Origin: Candidatus Tayloriibacteriota bacterium | GTDB lineage: Bacteria; Patescibacteriota; Minisyncoccia; Phycocordibacterales; PALSA-1337 | Assembly (NCBI GenBank): GCA_943350765.1 | Contig: CALRAJ010000002.1 | Location: 7,994-71,993 of the forward strand | Reading direction: 5' to 3' | DNA length: 64,000 nucleotides | Shown: one piece after another, positions 1 through 9,251 of the stretch | How the letters are laid out: each line of letters starts with the position of its first letter | Numbering within the stretch: the stretch's first letter is position 1 | The notes under the pieces: model-generated | The model's input: only the letters and a program-made list of their open reading frames with translations | Database searches by the model: none | Told to the model about the DNA's origin: nothing | Translations under genes and position numbers: made by a program

Positions 1-1
1 A

Positions 2-148
2 TTTGGTATTGGAGTATTGGTCAGTATGTTTACGGCTATTACCGTATCCAGAACATTTTTGCTTGCGGTAGCTACCAAGGGCAACGGTAAGATGATGAGA
101 TTCCTTTTAGGAAACGGTTTTGGACGAACAAAAGTCGCAAAAGCCTAA
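2..148 (+). CDS. secD: Protein-export membrane protein SecD, C-terminal fragment (5' partial)
   Basis: Frame ending TAA at 146-148 translates ...GIGVLVSMFTAITVSRTFLLAVATKG..., matching the conserved C-terminal TM segment of SecD; directly upstream of secF. Confidence 0.6.
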   Translation, partial: FGIGVLVSMFTAITVSRTFLLAVATKGNGKMMRFLLGNGFGRTKVAKA

Positions 149-179
149 TTTTATAAATTTATAATTTAATTCAAATCCA

Positions 180-1085
180 ATGTTTGTTGTTACTTATCGA
201 AAAATATTTTATGCTCTGTCGGTACTGTTGGTTCTAGGTTCGATCATGGCAGTCTCTATTTACGGATTAAACTTCGGAATAGATTTTAAGGGTGGTGCAT
301 TGCTCGAGGTAGAGTATCCTGCTGGACGACCAACGCAGACAGTACTTGAAAAGGCTCTTGCACCACTTGATCTACAGGCTACGATTAGACCGACAGGAGA
401 GATAGGTTATATTATTCGTATGAAAAGTCTGAGTGAGCCAGAGCGACTTGCTCTTGTCGAGACGATATCTTTTAACAGCACTCAGAAAATAGTTCAGAAA
501 CGATTTGATTCTGTTGGTCCCACTCTCGGTAATGAATCCGCCAAGAAATCATTCGCTTCGATTGCGGTAGTGATTATTGCCATCGTGCTTTTTATTGCCT
601 TTGCTTTTCGAAAAGTATCAGAGCCAGTGTCCTCGTGGAAGTACGGTATCGTGGCTATTGTAGCACTTATCCACGATGTGATAGTCCCGACTGGTGTGTT
701 TGCAATACTGGGGCATTTCAAGGGGTACGAGATCGATAGTCTTTTTGTGACGGCATTGCTCGTGGTACTTGGCTTTTCGGTACACGATACTATTGTAGTG
801 TTTGACCGAGTTCGAGAAAATCTAAAAATAAATAGAACCTACGGTAAAAAGCAGACATTTGCGGAGATCGTGGGAAGTAGTATCTCACAAACTTTTACCA
901 GATCTATAAACACTTCATTTACAGTACTGCTTTCACTTCTCGCGTTATACTTTTTTGGTGGTCCTGCGACACAGCACTTTACTCTCGCACTTATCATCGG
1001 TATCGTAGCGGGTACATACTCGTCTATCTTTCTTGGTTCGCCACTTCTCGTAACGATTGAAAAATGGCAGAGTAGGGGGAAGTAA
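180..1085 (+). CDS. secF: Protein-export membrane protein SecF
   Basis: 301-aa ORF with SecF-like N-terminus (MFVVTYRKIFYALSVLL..GLNFGIDFKGG) and multi-TM C-terminus; secD-secF synteny. Confidence 0.85.
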   Translation: MFVVTYRKIFYALSVLLVLGSIMAVSIYGLNFGIDFKGGALLEVEYPAGRPTQTVLEKALAPLDLQATIRPTGEIGYIIRMKSLSEPERLALVETISFNSTQKIVQKRFDSVGPTLGNESAKKSFASIAVVIIAIVLFIAFAFRKVSEPVSSWKYGIVAIVALIHDVIVPTGVFAILGHFKGYEIDSLFVTALLVVLGFSVHDTIVVFDRVRENLKINRTYGKKQTFAEIVGSSISQTFTRSINTSFTVLLSLLALYFFGGPATQHFTLALIIGIVAGTYSSIFLGSPLLVTIEKWQSRGK

Positions 1086-1125
1086 ATATCGTCCAAAACC
1101 AAGCTTTTGCCTGTTTTTACAAAAC

Positions 1126-1178
1126 GGCTCTAAAGAGCCATTTTAAACGGCTAAACACCTGTGTTTAGCCGTTTAAAA
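1126..1178. repeat. Two adjacent palindromic hairpins (GGCTCTAAAGAGCC; TTAAACGGCTAAACAC-CT-GTGTTTAGCCGTTTAA), AACGGCTAAAC palindrome family
   Basis: Perfect inverted repeats read directly from the sequence; core shared with palindromes at 50857-51020 and 53984-54017. Confidence 0.6.
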
Positions 1179-1254
1179 TGTGTCAGATATGTATAGTGAA
1201 AAACTCCCAATATATCGAAAGATTGGTTTTTGTTGTGCCATGTTCATTCAGTGC

Positions 1255-1914
1255 CTATTTTTCAAAAGAATACCCCACAATCTCAAAGTTATTTGGAGTA
1301 TTTACTGTATTCCAAAATAGGTAGTCAGGAGTTATTATTTTTACAGTGCTTACGGGAGGTATAATACCTTGTGTTTGTAGTTCGTTTAAGATAAGGTCGG
1401 CACACATCGCTTTTTTATGACCTATTTTAGGTAATCCAAAAATATATTCAGGATCATCTGCTATAGCTGATAAGTGCTTTACCATCTGACCTATCTTGTC
1501 GGTATTTTTCTTTGGTCTGAGTATTACCCAGTTTTTAACATCATCTTGCACCCAGATGCTGTTTGAAAGACTATCAACTCGTATATCGTCTTCAGGTTTA
1601 TTTTCTCTGCCATGTGCCTCCACGACTTGATTATTACCCAAATAGAGTGCTACATGGGTAAAGAAAACCCTAACCACTGTATTTGCTAGCCAAACATTTT
1701 TGGTAATATACCTACGAATCAAAATATCACCAGGTAGTAGCGGGCAGTCCTTTATTTTATCGCATTTCGATGGGGTGCTACTTAGTACTGCTGAAACATC
1801 ACCTTTTTTCAGTCTGAAGATATTTGTGTAGGTTTGGTGTATGTTGATAGCTACGAGGAGGCAGAAAAGTATTATCGGCAGGATTAGTATTGACAGTAAA
1901 ACTTTCTTTGTCAT
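1255..1914 (-). CDS. Permuted papain-fold (YiiX/NlpC-P60-like) peptidase/amidase, membrane-anchored
   Basis: 219 aa with N-terminal TM; motifs ILIRRY..THVALYLG..VVEAHG and C-terminal Cys (HKKAMCADLI) resemble permuted NlpC/P60 (DUF830/YiiX) proteins. Confidence 0.4.
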   Translation of the reverse strand: MTKKVLLSILILPIILFCLLVAINIHQTYTNIFRLKKGDVSAVLSSTPSKCDKIKDCPLLPGDILIRRYITKNVWLANTVVRVFFTHVALYLGNNQVVEAHGRENKPEDDIRVDSLSNSIWVQDDVKNWVILRPKKNTDKIGQMVKHLSAIADDPEYIFGLPKIGHKKAMCADLILNELQTQGIIPPVSTVKIITPDYLFWNTVNTPNNFEIVGYSFEK

Positions 1915-1926
1915 CTAGAGGACGGA

Positions 1927-2970
1927 TTATATTTCTCTGATCGTGGCTGTAGGTTTTAGATTGACCTGTACTGTTCCCGAGATTGGGTTTCCTGATTTGG
2001 CACTGATACAACTAATCGTATATGTTGTGTTTCGATCAATGGTCCAGCCAGAAACTGATGAGATTAAGTTTCGTATGATATTCCCACTGTACCATGTTGG
2101 ATTATAGCACTCTGAAACACCTGTAATTTCCCAAAGTAGCTTAAATTTTTGGTTTGGATTTACAGTTAGAATGGATTCTTCATTACCTGTATAGTCGGGA
2201 ACGGTAGAATTGGCGGGAGCGGTATTCTTAATACCCTTAAATTTCATTCTGGCTTCGTTTGTGATTGAACTATCGAATACTGTTACAGGCGGGCAGTTTA
2301 GGATTTGTGTTGCATTAGTCGTTAGGTTTTTTAGGGTTACTTGAGGTGCATGTTGCCCAGTCATATTTAGGGTTGTTGTAAATCTGTTTGTACTTCCCGC
2401 TGTTCTAGTTTGCCACGCGTACGTGTAATTAGAATTTGGAGCATCGACACCATTTTCCTTGACTATCCATGTGACGGAACCACCTTTATTTATGGGGGTA
2501 GATGTGGTTAGTTCACAAGTAAATGGTGTGGTTGTATTTGTTCCAGGGTTCACAGGACCGCCTCCACCGTTGTTTATAATAACGGGAGTGCCAGGGGGGA
2601 TCAATGGACCGTTATTGTTTATGATTGGATTTATAACAGTATTCGGATCTACTGTCGGTGTTGTTCCTCCATTATTTCCATTTCCTCCACCTCCGTTAGT
2701 ATTTCCGTTATCGCCACAATCGATTAAAAGTCTTACAACTGGGTCATTGGCGTATTGAAAAGGTTCTGGTATTACGCAGTAAATAAATTCAAATGTTTCA
2801 ATTGTCGCATCTATTACTGCCTCAGTTATGGTTGTTATTGCGTCAACCACTACATCAATAACAGAAGTAACAAAATCAGCAACTTCCTCGGCGTGGGCTT
2901 TTGGAGGTGTCGATATAAAAGTGGTTACGATTAGACATATAATTACTAATTTAGAAATAGCTTTTTTCAT
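1927..2970 (-). CDS. Secreted Gly/Asn/Thr-rich surface protein (signal peptide plus low-complexity linker plus beta-rich domains)
   Basis: N-terminal signal peptide MKKAISKLVIICLIVTTFISTPPKAHA; GDNGNTNGGGGNGNNGG and NNGGGGPVNPGTNTTTP stretches; no recognisable enzyme motifs. Confidence 0.5.
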   Translation of the reverse strand: MKKAISKLVIICLIVTTFISTPPKAHAEEVADFVTSVIDVVVDAITTITEAVIDATIETFEFIYCVIPEPFQYANDPVVRLLIDCGDNGNTNGGGGNGNNGGTTPTVDPNTVINPIINNNGPLIPPGTPVIINNGGGGPVNPGTNTTTPFTCELTTSTPINKGGSVTWIVKENGVDAPNSNYTYAWQTRTAGSTNRFTTTLNMTGQHAPQVTLKNLTTNATQILNCPPVTVFDSSITNEARMKFKGIKNTAPANSTVPDYTGNEESILTVNPNQKFKLLWEITGVSECYNPTWYSGNIIRNLISSVSGWTIDRNTTYTISCISAKSGNPISGTVQVNLKPTATIREI

Positions 2971-3064
2971 AAAGTTGATTGTGTTAAAAAATATAATAAA
3001 TGTTGTATATAGTATATCGCATTAGATTACTTGTGGGTAATGGATCTGGTTTTTATTTTACGCT

Positions 3065-3448
3065 TTGGTAAGCTCAGTACTTTCGGTACCTCCGCTACCA
3101 TTTGTGTGTACAACATGTTTAGGTTATACTTACTCTATGAATGAAGTTTTTTCAAAGAGAATAATTAGATCTATGATTGTAGCCGTGTTGTGTATTGTTG
3201 GTGGGTATGTGGGTATTTTGTTTTTGATAAATTCAAATGGTTTCCTTCCGATGATAATACTAGGGTCTTTGTTAGTTATCCTTGGTCTGGTAGGGATGGT
3301 CGCCGTGGTTGCTAAAGATGCATTGTATTTATATAAAAGAAATGTGTCTAATTACGATAATAACACAAGAAACTGGACGGCAGTATTAATTCTTATTTCA
3401 TTCACCCTCGTCTTTCTGCTTTTTAAATATGCTGGTATGTTTGATTAA
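3065..3448 (+). CDS. Small membrane protein (hypothetical; start may be internal at 3137)
   Basis: ORF with 3 predicted TM helices; no family assignment. Confidence 0.3.
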   Translation: MVSSVLSVPPLPFVCTTCLGYTYSMNEVFSKRIIRSMIVAVLCIVGGYVGILFLINSNGFLPMIILGSLLVILGLVGMVAVVAKDALYLYKRNVSNYDNNTRNWTAVLILISFTLVFLLFKYAGMFD

Positions 3449-3470
3449 ATGATGAGTCATGTTATGATGT

Positions 3471-4028
3471 TTGCAACACAAGCTTAATATACTTAATATG
3501 AAATTATTTCAGGGCAGATTGAATCGAAGAAGCTGTATCACTGGTTTAATTATTTTTTGGATACTTGAATTTGTAGCAACCGTTCCAACTTATATAATTT
3601 TATACTCACAACATTTTAGTGAATTTGGGGACTTGTCAAAAATTGAAGCAATAAAACTTTTAGCATCGCAGTTTAGTATATTTTCTACTACTGGAATAAT
3701 TTTTTATATACTAACAATTATTGTCTTATTTCTGTCACTCGGAGTGTATGTTAGGCGATTGCATGATTTGGGTAAATCAGGAACTCTGGCTATTTTGGTG
3801 ATACTAGATTTTCTTGTGACTAGGGGTTTTGCTGAGTGGACTTTATACAGTGGATTTAAAGCAGATATGTCTATTGTTTGGGTTTCTCAGATCCCTGGAT
3901 TATTTTCGGCTCTGGTTGGGATTTTTGTACTTTATGTAATAATACAGAAAGGGGAAGACATGCCTAATAAATACGGGGAGGTACCACCCGAAAAAAGCAG
4001 TTTAAGGAATATTCTTTTGGCAAAATAA
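3471..4028 (+). CDS. DUF805-family inner membrane protein
   Basis: FQGRLNRR near N-terminus and the conserved RRLHDLGKSG motif typical of DUF805 (YhaH-like) proteins; multiple TM helices. Confidence 0.55.
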   Translation: MQHKLNILNMKLFQGRLNRRSCITGLIIFWILEFVATVPTYIILYSQHFSEFGDLSKIEAIKLLASQFSIFSTTGIIFYILTIIVLFLSLGVYVRRLHDLGKSGTLAILVILDFLVTRGFAEWTLYSGFKADMSIVWVSQIPGLFSALVGIFVLYVIIQKGEDMPNKYGEVPPEKSSLRNILLAK

Positions 4029-4058
4029 TACCATCTACCACACAAGTACTTTTTTCCA

Positions 4059-4092
4059 ATCCCCGGAATTTTCTACTGAAAATTCCGGGGAT
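4059..4092. terminator. Stem-loop ATCCCCGGAATTTT-loop-AAAATTCCGGGGAT after the DUF805 gene
   Basis: 14-bp perfect inverted repeat; a T-run precedes rather than follows it, so terminator function is uncertain. Confidence 0.3.
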
Positions 4093-5839
4093 TACCGTTC
4101 AGTAATTTCATCAGAAAGTGGTTCTCAGGTTGTTTTGTCCACCAGAGGTGTAGTAATGAAGCCAAAAAAGAGACTTTGGAGCCCATTTCTCCCACCAGAG
4201 GCGTAGAAGTAACCCTCTAAAAGGGGGTTCGCAGGCGGGTAGCCGAGACTTCAGGAATTTTCTAGTAAGAAAATATCCGTACCCTTTTAGAGGGTTTACT
4301 TCGTAACCCTTGACTATTATAACCATTCATATATACTACTCCTACCCTAATCGAAACAGGGGTGTTCTTTGAAACTGTGCCAAAATAAGTTATGCATTAA
4401 GAACGTAGTTTAAACGAAGTCGTTTAATACGTGCAAGTCCCTGTAAAGTATTCAACAAGCATATTTTACGGGTGAGTCTAAAAAGTTTAGGAAAGTAGAA
4501 TCTTCGCAGTCGGCGCCCTTCTTTGTTGCAAGCTCCGTTCGCTTCCGCAATGTATTAGTATACATTTTGGTCGCGATACTCGCTCGCGCCTCGAAGTGCA
4601 TCCAACTACAAAGATTCTATGACACACATTTATAACAATAATTTCAAGAGCATAGACAAACTCTAATACAAAGCTTCGGCGGAGTAGTAATTATTTGAAA
4701 ATCAAAGTATAGAATATTTTTCTTTATTTTGTTCCGTTCATTTAATTTAGAGTTTGATTCTAGCTCAGGATGAACGCTGGCGGCGTGGGTAAGGCATGCA
4801 AGTCAAACGGCCCGCAAGGGCAGTGGCGAACGAGGTAGTACAAAGTAGGTAACGACCCTGGAAGTCAGGAATAACTAGTCGAAAGATTAGCTAATACTTG
4901 ATGGTCTCGCGAGAGTAAAGATTTATCGCTTCCAGATCGGCCTGCTCGATATCAGCTAGTTGGTAGGGTAATGGCCTACCAAGGCAATGACGTCTAGGGG
5001 AGCTGAGAGGCTGACCCCCACCGATGGTACTGAGATACGGACCATACACCTACGGGTGGCCGCAGTCGAGAATCTTCCGCAATGGACGCAAGTCTGACGG
5101 AGCGACGCCGCGTGATCGATGAAGTTCTTCGGAACGTAAAGATCTTTTATGAGGGAGAAAGTTTATTGATAGTACCTCAAGAATAAGGGGTTGCTAAACT
5201 CGTGCCAGCAGCAGCGGTAATACGAGTGCCCCAAGCGTTATCCGGAATTATTGGGCGTAAAGGGTGTGTAGGTGGTTTTGTTAGTCTCTTGTTAAACCTC
5301 CCGGCTCAACCGGGAAGATGCAAGGGAAACGGCATAACTAGAGGATGCGAGGGGTCTGTGGAACTCATGGTGTAGCGGTGAAATGCGTTGATATCATGGG
5401 GAACACCAAAAGCGAAGGCAGCAGACTGGAGCACTCCTGACACTGAAACACGAAAGCGTGGGTAGCGAATGGGATTAGATACCCCAGTAGTCCACGCCCT
5501 AAACGATCTTCTCTGGTTTTTCGGAGTATCGACCCTCTGAGAGACGAAGCTAACGCGTTAAGAGAAGCGCCTGGGTAGTACGACCGCAAGGTTAAAACTC
5601 AAAGAAATAGACGGGGACTTGCACAAGCGGTGGATCATGTGGTTTAATTCGACGATAAACGAAGAACCTTACCAAGATTTGAAACCTAGTTGAAGACAAG
5701 AGGAAACTTTTGTCGCCGCAAGGCAATTAGGCAGGTGATGCATGGCCGTCGTCAGTTCGTGGTTTGAATTGTTCCCTTAAGTGGGGTAACGAACGCAACC
5801 CTCGTTGCCTGTTATATATGTCAGGCGAGACTGCCCTCG

Positions 5840-5969
5840 ATTTTGTTCGGGAGAACAAAATCGAGTCGAAAGTAGAAAGTCAAAAGTACACAGTCGGATG
5901 CAAGTGCATCCACTCGGTACTCAGTACTTTCGACTTTTGACTCCGATTTCGATCGCTCGTGATCAAAAT
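5840..5969 (+). other. About 130-nt insertion in the loop of 16S helix 40 (IVS/expansion-segment type)
   Basis: Lies between GAGACTGCCCTCG and CGAGGGAGGAAGGCGAGGATGACG, where E. coli has about 7 nt. The insert is a nested hairpin (CTCGATTTTGTTC/GAACAAAATCGAG; GGATGCA-AGT-GCATCC) and its ends pair (CTCGATTTTG ... CAAAATCGAG). Confidence 0.6.
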
Positions 5970-6099
5970 CGAGGGAGGAAGGCGAGGATGACGCCAGGTC
6001 AGCATGTCCCTCTGATATCTTGGGCTACACACGTGATACAATGCCCGGTACAACAGGTTGCAATACCGCAAGGTGGAGCCAATCCTTATAAGCCGGGCC

Positions 6100-6136
<37 letters not shown>

Positions 6137-6198
6137 CCGGAATCGCTAGTAATCGCAGGTCAGCTATACTGCGGTGAATACGTTCTCAAGTCTTGTAC

Positions 6199-6615
6199 TC
6201 AAAATTAAAAGCGCCAGGCAGGTGCTGAATCTAGGTTGTTAAAATCAACCCTTTCCGAATACAATACAGGAGAGTAGTGAACGGGTAATCATTTGGTCGC
6301 GAGGCTAAGTGATGAAGGATCCTAGTAGCAAAAAGCAGCCCATTCAAAAAAGAGGGATACGACCCATATGGTGAGTTATGGGGAAGTATCGCAAATAACC
6401 TCGAATGGGATGCATGGAATAGAATCAGTACTGACCCTTGGGAGATCTCCTGATATGAAAAACAATCGAAGTATCAGTAGAAGTCAGCTGCGTCGTAGTA
6501 CCCATTTTTTATGATGGGGAAGGACAAAACCGATAGTGTTAAAACTATTGGACTCGCGTAGTGCGGGAAATCCGCTCGCTACGTGGGAACGCAAAATGTT
6601 GTTTCATTATTGCAA
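6199..6615 (+). other. About 415-nt ORF-less insertion in the 16S decoding-centre region (putative self-splicing intron)
   Basis: Interrupts the universally conserved CTTGTAC|ACACCGCCCGTCA block (E. coli about 1397-1400). No ORF over 60 aa; must be removed for a functional 16S. Boundaries are approximate. Confidence 0.5.
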
Positions 6616-6938
6616 TCCGCCCGTCAACTCAAGGGAGTTGGGAATACCCGAAATCTCTGCCTAGCAGGGCCTAAGGTAAGCTCAATGACAGGGAGTAAGT
6701 CGTAACAAGGCACGGGTAGCGGAAGCTGCTCGTGGATTATTTCAATTTGAACACGGTGTACAGTTTCTTCGGAATCTGTATTACCTTAAATGGTCTTTTG
6801 TCATTATTTTGGTGATAGGGTAATGGTTCTGCAACCTCAAATGCGAACCCTCAGCCATGAGAGAGGAATGGCGCAGGTCGGTATCCTCTATAGAGATACT
6901 GACCGGTGAACGGAACAAAATAAAGAATGATATTAAAG

Positions 6939-6967
6939 AAAAAACCGCCTGAAGGGGCGGTTTTTTC
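6939..6967. terminator. Rho-independent terminator downstream of 16S (AACCGCC-TGAAGG-GGCGGTT plus TTTTTT)
   Basis: GC stem with A-run before and T-run after (bidirectional form). Confidence 0.6.
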
Positions 6968-6997
6968 TTGGTTAAATCAATATGAATTATACTAGGT

Positions 6998-7143
6998 ACC
7001 CCAAATTACAAAATGCCTTTCTCGGCATATCTTTTAAAAGGCACGGATAAATTTCTGCTGAAATTTTCCTCAAGTCTCGACTACCCGTCTTGCGAAGTCC
7101 TTTTAAAAGATACACCTGCGACAGCATTTCGTAATTTGGGGTA
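6998..7143. mobile_element. MITE-like palindromic element, copy 1 (TIR CCCCAAATTACAAAATGC ... GCATTTCGTAATTTGGGG)
   Basis: About 145-bp element with 16-18-bp terminal inverted repeats and an internally self-complementary core (GGCATATCTTTTAAAAGG / CCTTTTAAAAGATACACC). Homologous copies at 9316, 32702, 38892 and 52181. Confidence 0.7.
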
Positions 7144-7326
7144 GACAGAGTAATGCGGTTGCGAATATTTTTTAAATTAAGATAACTTCCGCTATTGTTT
7201 TTCTGACATTTTTTTGCTATAGTCTTTTTGTTGTCTGGGTAGTGATAGGTTGTAGATTGCTGGCCCCGAGAAGATTACTCCTCGGGACGCTGCATTTTGC
7301 AGCCAAACCTGGGGTTTGGGCAAAAT

Positions 7327-7400
7327 GCGCGCATAGCTCAGTTGGTAGAGCACATCACTGATACTGATGGGGTCCTAGGTTCGAATCCTAGTGCGCGCAC
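7327..7400 (+). tRNA. tRNA-Ile (anticodon GAT)
   Basis: Manual cloverleaf: acceptor GCGCGCA/TGCGCGC, D-arm GCTC-AGTTGGTA-GAGC, anticodon stem CATCA/TGATG with loop CTGATAC (anticodon GAT), T-arm CTAGG-TTCGAAT-CCTAG, discriminator A. CCA is not fully encoded. Confidence 0.9.
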
Positions 7401-7500
7401 CTTAAAAGAACTAATTTGTGACTGTTTGGTACGGATTTTATAACTAAATTAAATCTCATACCTAGTATGGATCGTTCTCGCTAGTCGTCTAATCTAGATC

Positions 7501-7539
7501 GATGGCTCACTGGTTTTACTTTTAAACCAGTGAGCCATC
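7501..7539. repeat. Hairpin repeat, GATGGCTCACTG family (GATGGCTCACTGGTTT-TACTTTT-AAACCAGTGAGCCATC)
   Basis: Perfect 16-bp stem. Paralogous copies at 40398-40440 and 44061-44103 differ by a compensatory G/C swap (tgGttt/aaaCca versus tgCttt/aaaGca). Confidence 0.6.
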
Positions 7540-7594
7540 AACATAGATTGTGTAGGGAGGTTACTTTCAGAGGCTTTTGAAATAGGCTTCTACT

Positions 7595-7687
7595 GAGCCA
7601 TTTGAACGGCTCAACAGCCCTGTGCTTGTAACGAGTTTTACTAAACTCGTTATCTTCGTCACCTTGCTCCTTGAGCTGTTCAAATTA
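7595..7687. repeat. Composite palindromic element, GAGCCATTTGAACGGCTCAAC family, copy 1
   Basis: Left arm GAGCCATTTGAACGGCTCAAC, internal hairpin TAACGAGTTTT-ACT-AAACTCGTTA, conserved TCTTCGTCACCTTGCTCCTTGAGCTGTTCAAAT right arm. Same architecture at 14893-15000. Confidence 0.6.
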
Positions 7688-7816
7688 TATATAATCGATA
7701 TAGTTTATGTTTAGACCCTTACCAAAACCTCAATAATTAGTACATTTATTTGAGCTATGATATACTATGCAACCGAGCTTCTTTTGAGGCTCATTTTTAA
7801 TCAATTTTAATATACC

Positions 7817-9229
7817 ATGATCGCAAATACCAAAAAGACAAAGATTGTATGTACCATCGGCCCCGCTACTTCTAGTGTAGAAAGACTATCTGACCTTTTA
7901 AAAGCTGGAATGAATATCGTGCGTTTAAACTTTTCACATGGTGATTTTGCGGAGCATCAGGAGAAATTAGTGAATTTAAAAACTGCCATAAAACAGACGG
8001 GTATTCCTTGTGCCACACTTCAAGATTTAGCAGGTCCAAAGATCCGTATCGGTACTTTTAAGACCGAGTCTGTGATGCTAAAAGAAGGTGCATTTTTTAC
8101 TCTTACCACAGACAAGATTGAAGGCGACGAAACCCGAGTTTCTATAAACTACGCACCACTTCCAAAAGAGGTAAAGGTGGGTGGCTATATCATGCTCCAT
8201 GATGGCAAGAAAAGGCTCCAAATAGTTGAGATAAAAGGCAATGATGTGAAGTGTAAGATTATTATTGGTGGAGAAATAAAGGGTAAGCGAGGGGTAAATC
8301 TTCCTGGGGCATATCTCTCTATCTCATCTTTGACCGACAAGGATAAGACCGATATTGCTTTTGGCTTGAAAAATAAAGTTGATTTTTTCGCTTTTTCTTT
8401 TGTGCGTCGTGCTTCTGATGTAGAGGAGCTACGAGCTATTCTAAAGACAGCAAAATCTGATGCTAAAATCATTGCAAAAATCGAGGATCAGGAAGCGATT
8501 GAAAATATCGATAAGCTTATCGAGCTTGTGGACGGTGTAATGATAGGGCGTGGTGATTTGGCTATTGAAATAGGTGCTGAAAATATGCCGATTACTCAAA
8601 AAATGATTATTGATAAATGTAATCAGGCGGGCAAACCAGTGATCACTGCGACACAGATGTTTGAGTCAATGATAAAGAGTGCTACGCCTACTCGTGCAGA
8701 GGTGTCTGATGTAGCAAATGCTATTTTTGAAGGTACTGATGCTGTGATGCTTTCTGAGGAAACTACGCTCGGTGAGTATCCTGTGCAGGCGGTGACCATG
8801 ATGGCCTTGGTTGCAAAGACGACAGAGGCAGGTATTGCAAAGGAACATGAGGCAATGTGGGAAACATCAGGAATGGTAGAGTCGATCGGTGCCTCTGCTG
8901 TAAAAGTTGCTCATGATATAAGGGCGAAAGCTATCTTTGTTTTGACAAATAGCGGAAAGTCTGTATTTATGGTTTCAAAAAACAAGCCAAATCTACCGAT
9001 CATCGGTATGACTGCGAGTGTTCGTACCGCAAATCAACTTCTTTTGAGCTATGCCTGTACGCCGATTTTGGTCCCAAAGATGCTGACTATGGTAGAGGTT
9101 AGTAAACAGGTACGGGAGATTGTAAAGAAGTACAAGATTGCGGAAAAGGGAGATAGGGTGGTTGTCGTGGCGGGTATGCCTTTGGGTAAAGTGGCTGAGA
9201 CGAGTGCTATTTTGGTGGAGGTTATCTAG
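7817..9229 (+). CDS. pyk: Pyruvate kinase
   Basis: 470 aa; KIVCTIGPATSSVERLSDLLKAGMNIVRLNFSHG and downstream PK motifs. Confidence 0.9.
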   Translation: MIANTKKTKIVCTIGPATSSVERLSDLLKAGMNIVRLNFSHGDFAEHQEKLVNLKTAIKQTGIPCATLQDLAGPKIRIGTFKTESVMLKEGAFFTLTTDKIEGDETRVSINYAPLPKEVKVGGYIMLHDGKKRLQIVEIKGNDVKCKIIIGGEIKGKRGVNLPGAYLSISSLTDKDKTDIAFGLKNKVDFFAFSFVRRASDVEELRAILKTAKSDAKIIAKIEDQEAIENIDKLIELVDGVMIGRGDLAIEIGAENMPITQKMIIDKCNQAGKPVITATQMFESMIKSATPTRAEVSDVANAIFEGTDAVMLSEETTLGEYPVQAVTMMALVAKTTEAGIAKEHEAMWETSGMVESIGASAVKVAHDIRAKAIFVLTNSGKSVFMVSKNKPNLPIIGMTASVRTANQLLLSYACTPILVPKMLTMVEVSKQVREIVKKYKIAEKGDRVVVVAGMPLGKVAETSAILVEVI

Positions 9230-9251
9230 TTTGGAAAATTGAAAAAGAAAA

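Noticed and set aside
2459-3025. Plus-strand ORFs 2459-2758 and 2828-3025
   Set aside because: Antisense to the 347-aa secreted-protein gene (1927-2970); Pro/Gly-rich mirror translation.
8185-8848. Minus-strand ORFs 8185-8472 and 8666-8848
   Set aside because: Antisense within pyruvate kinase.
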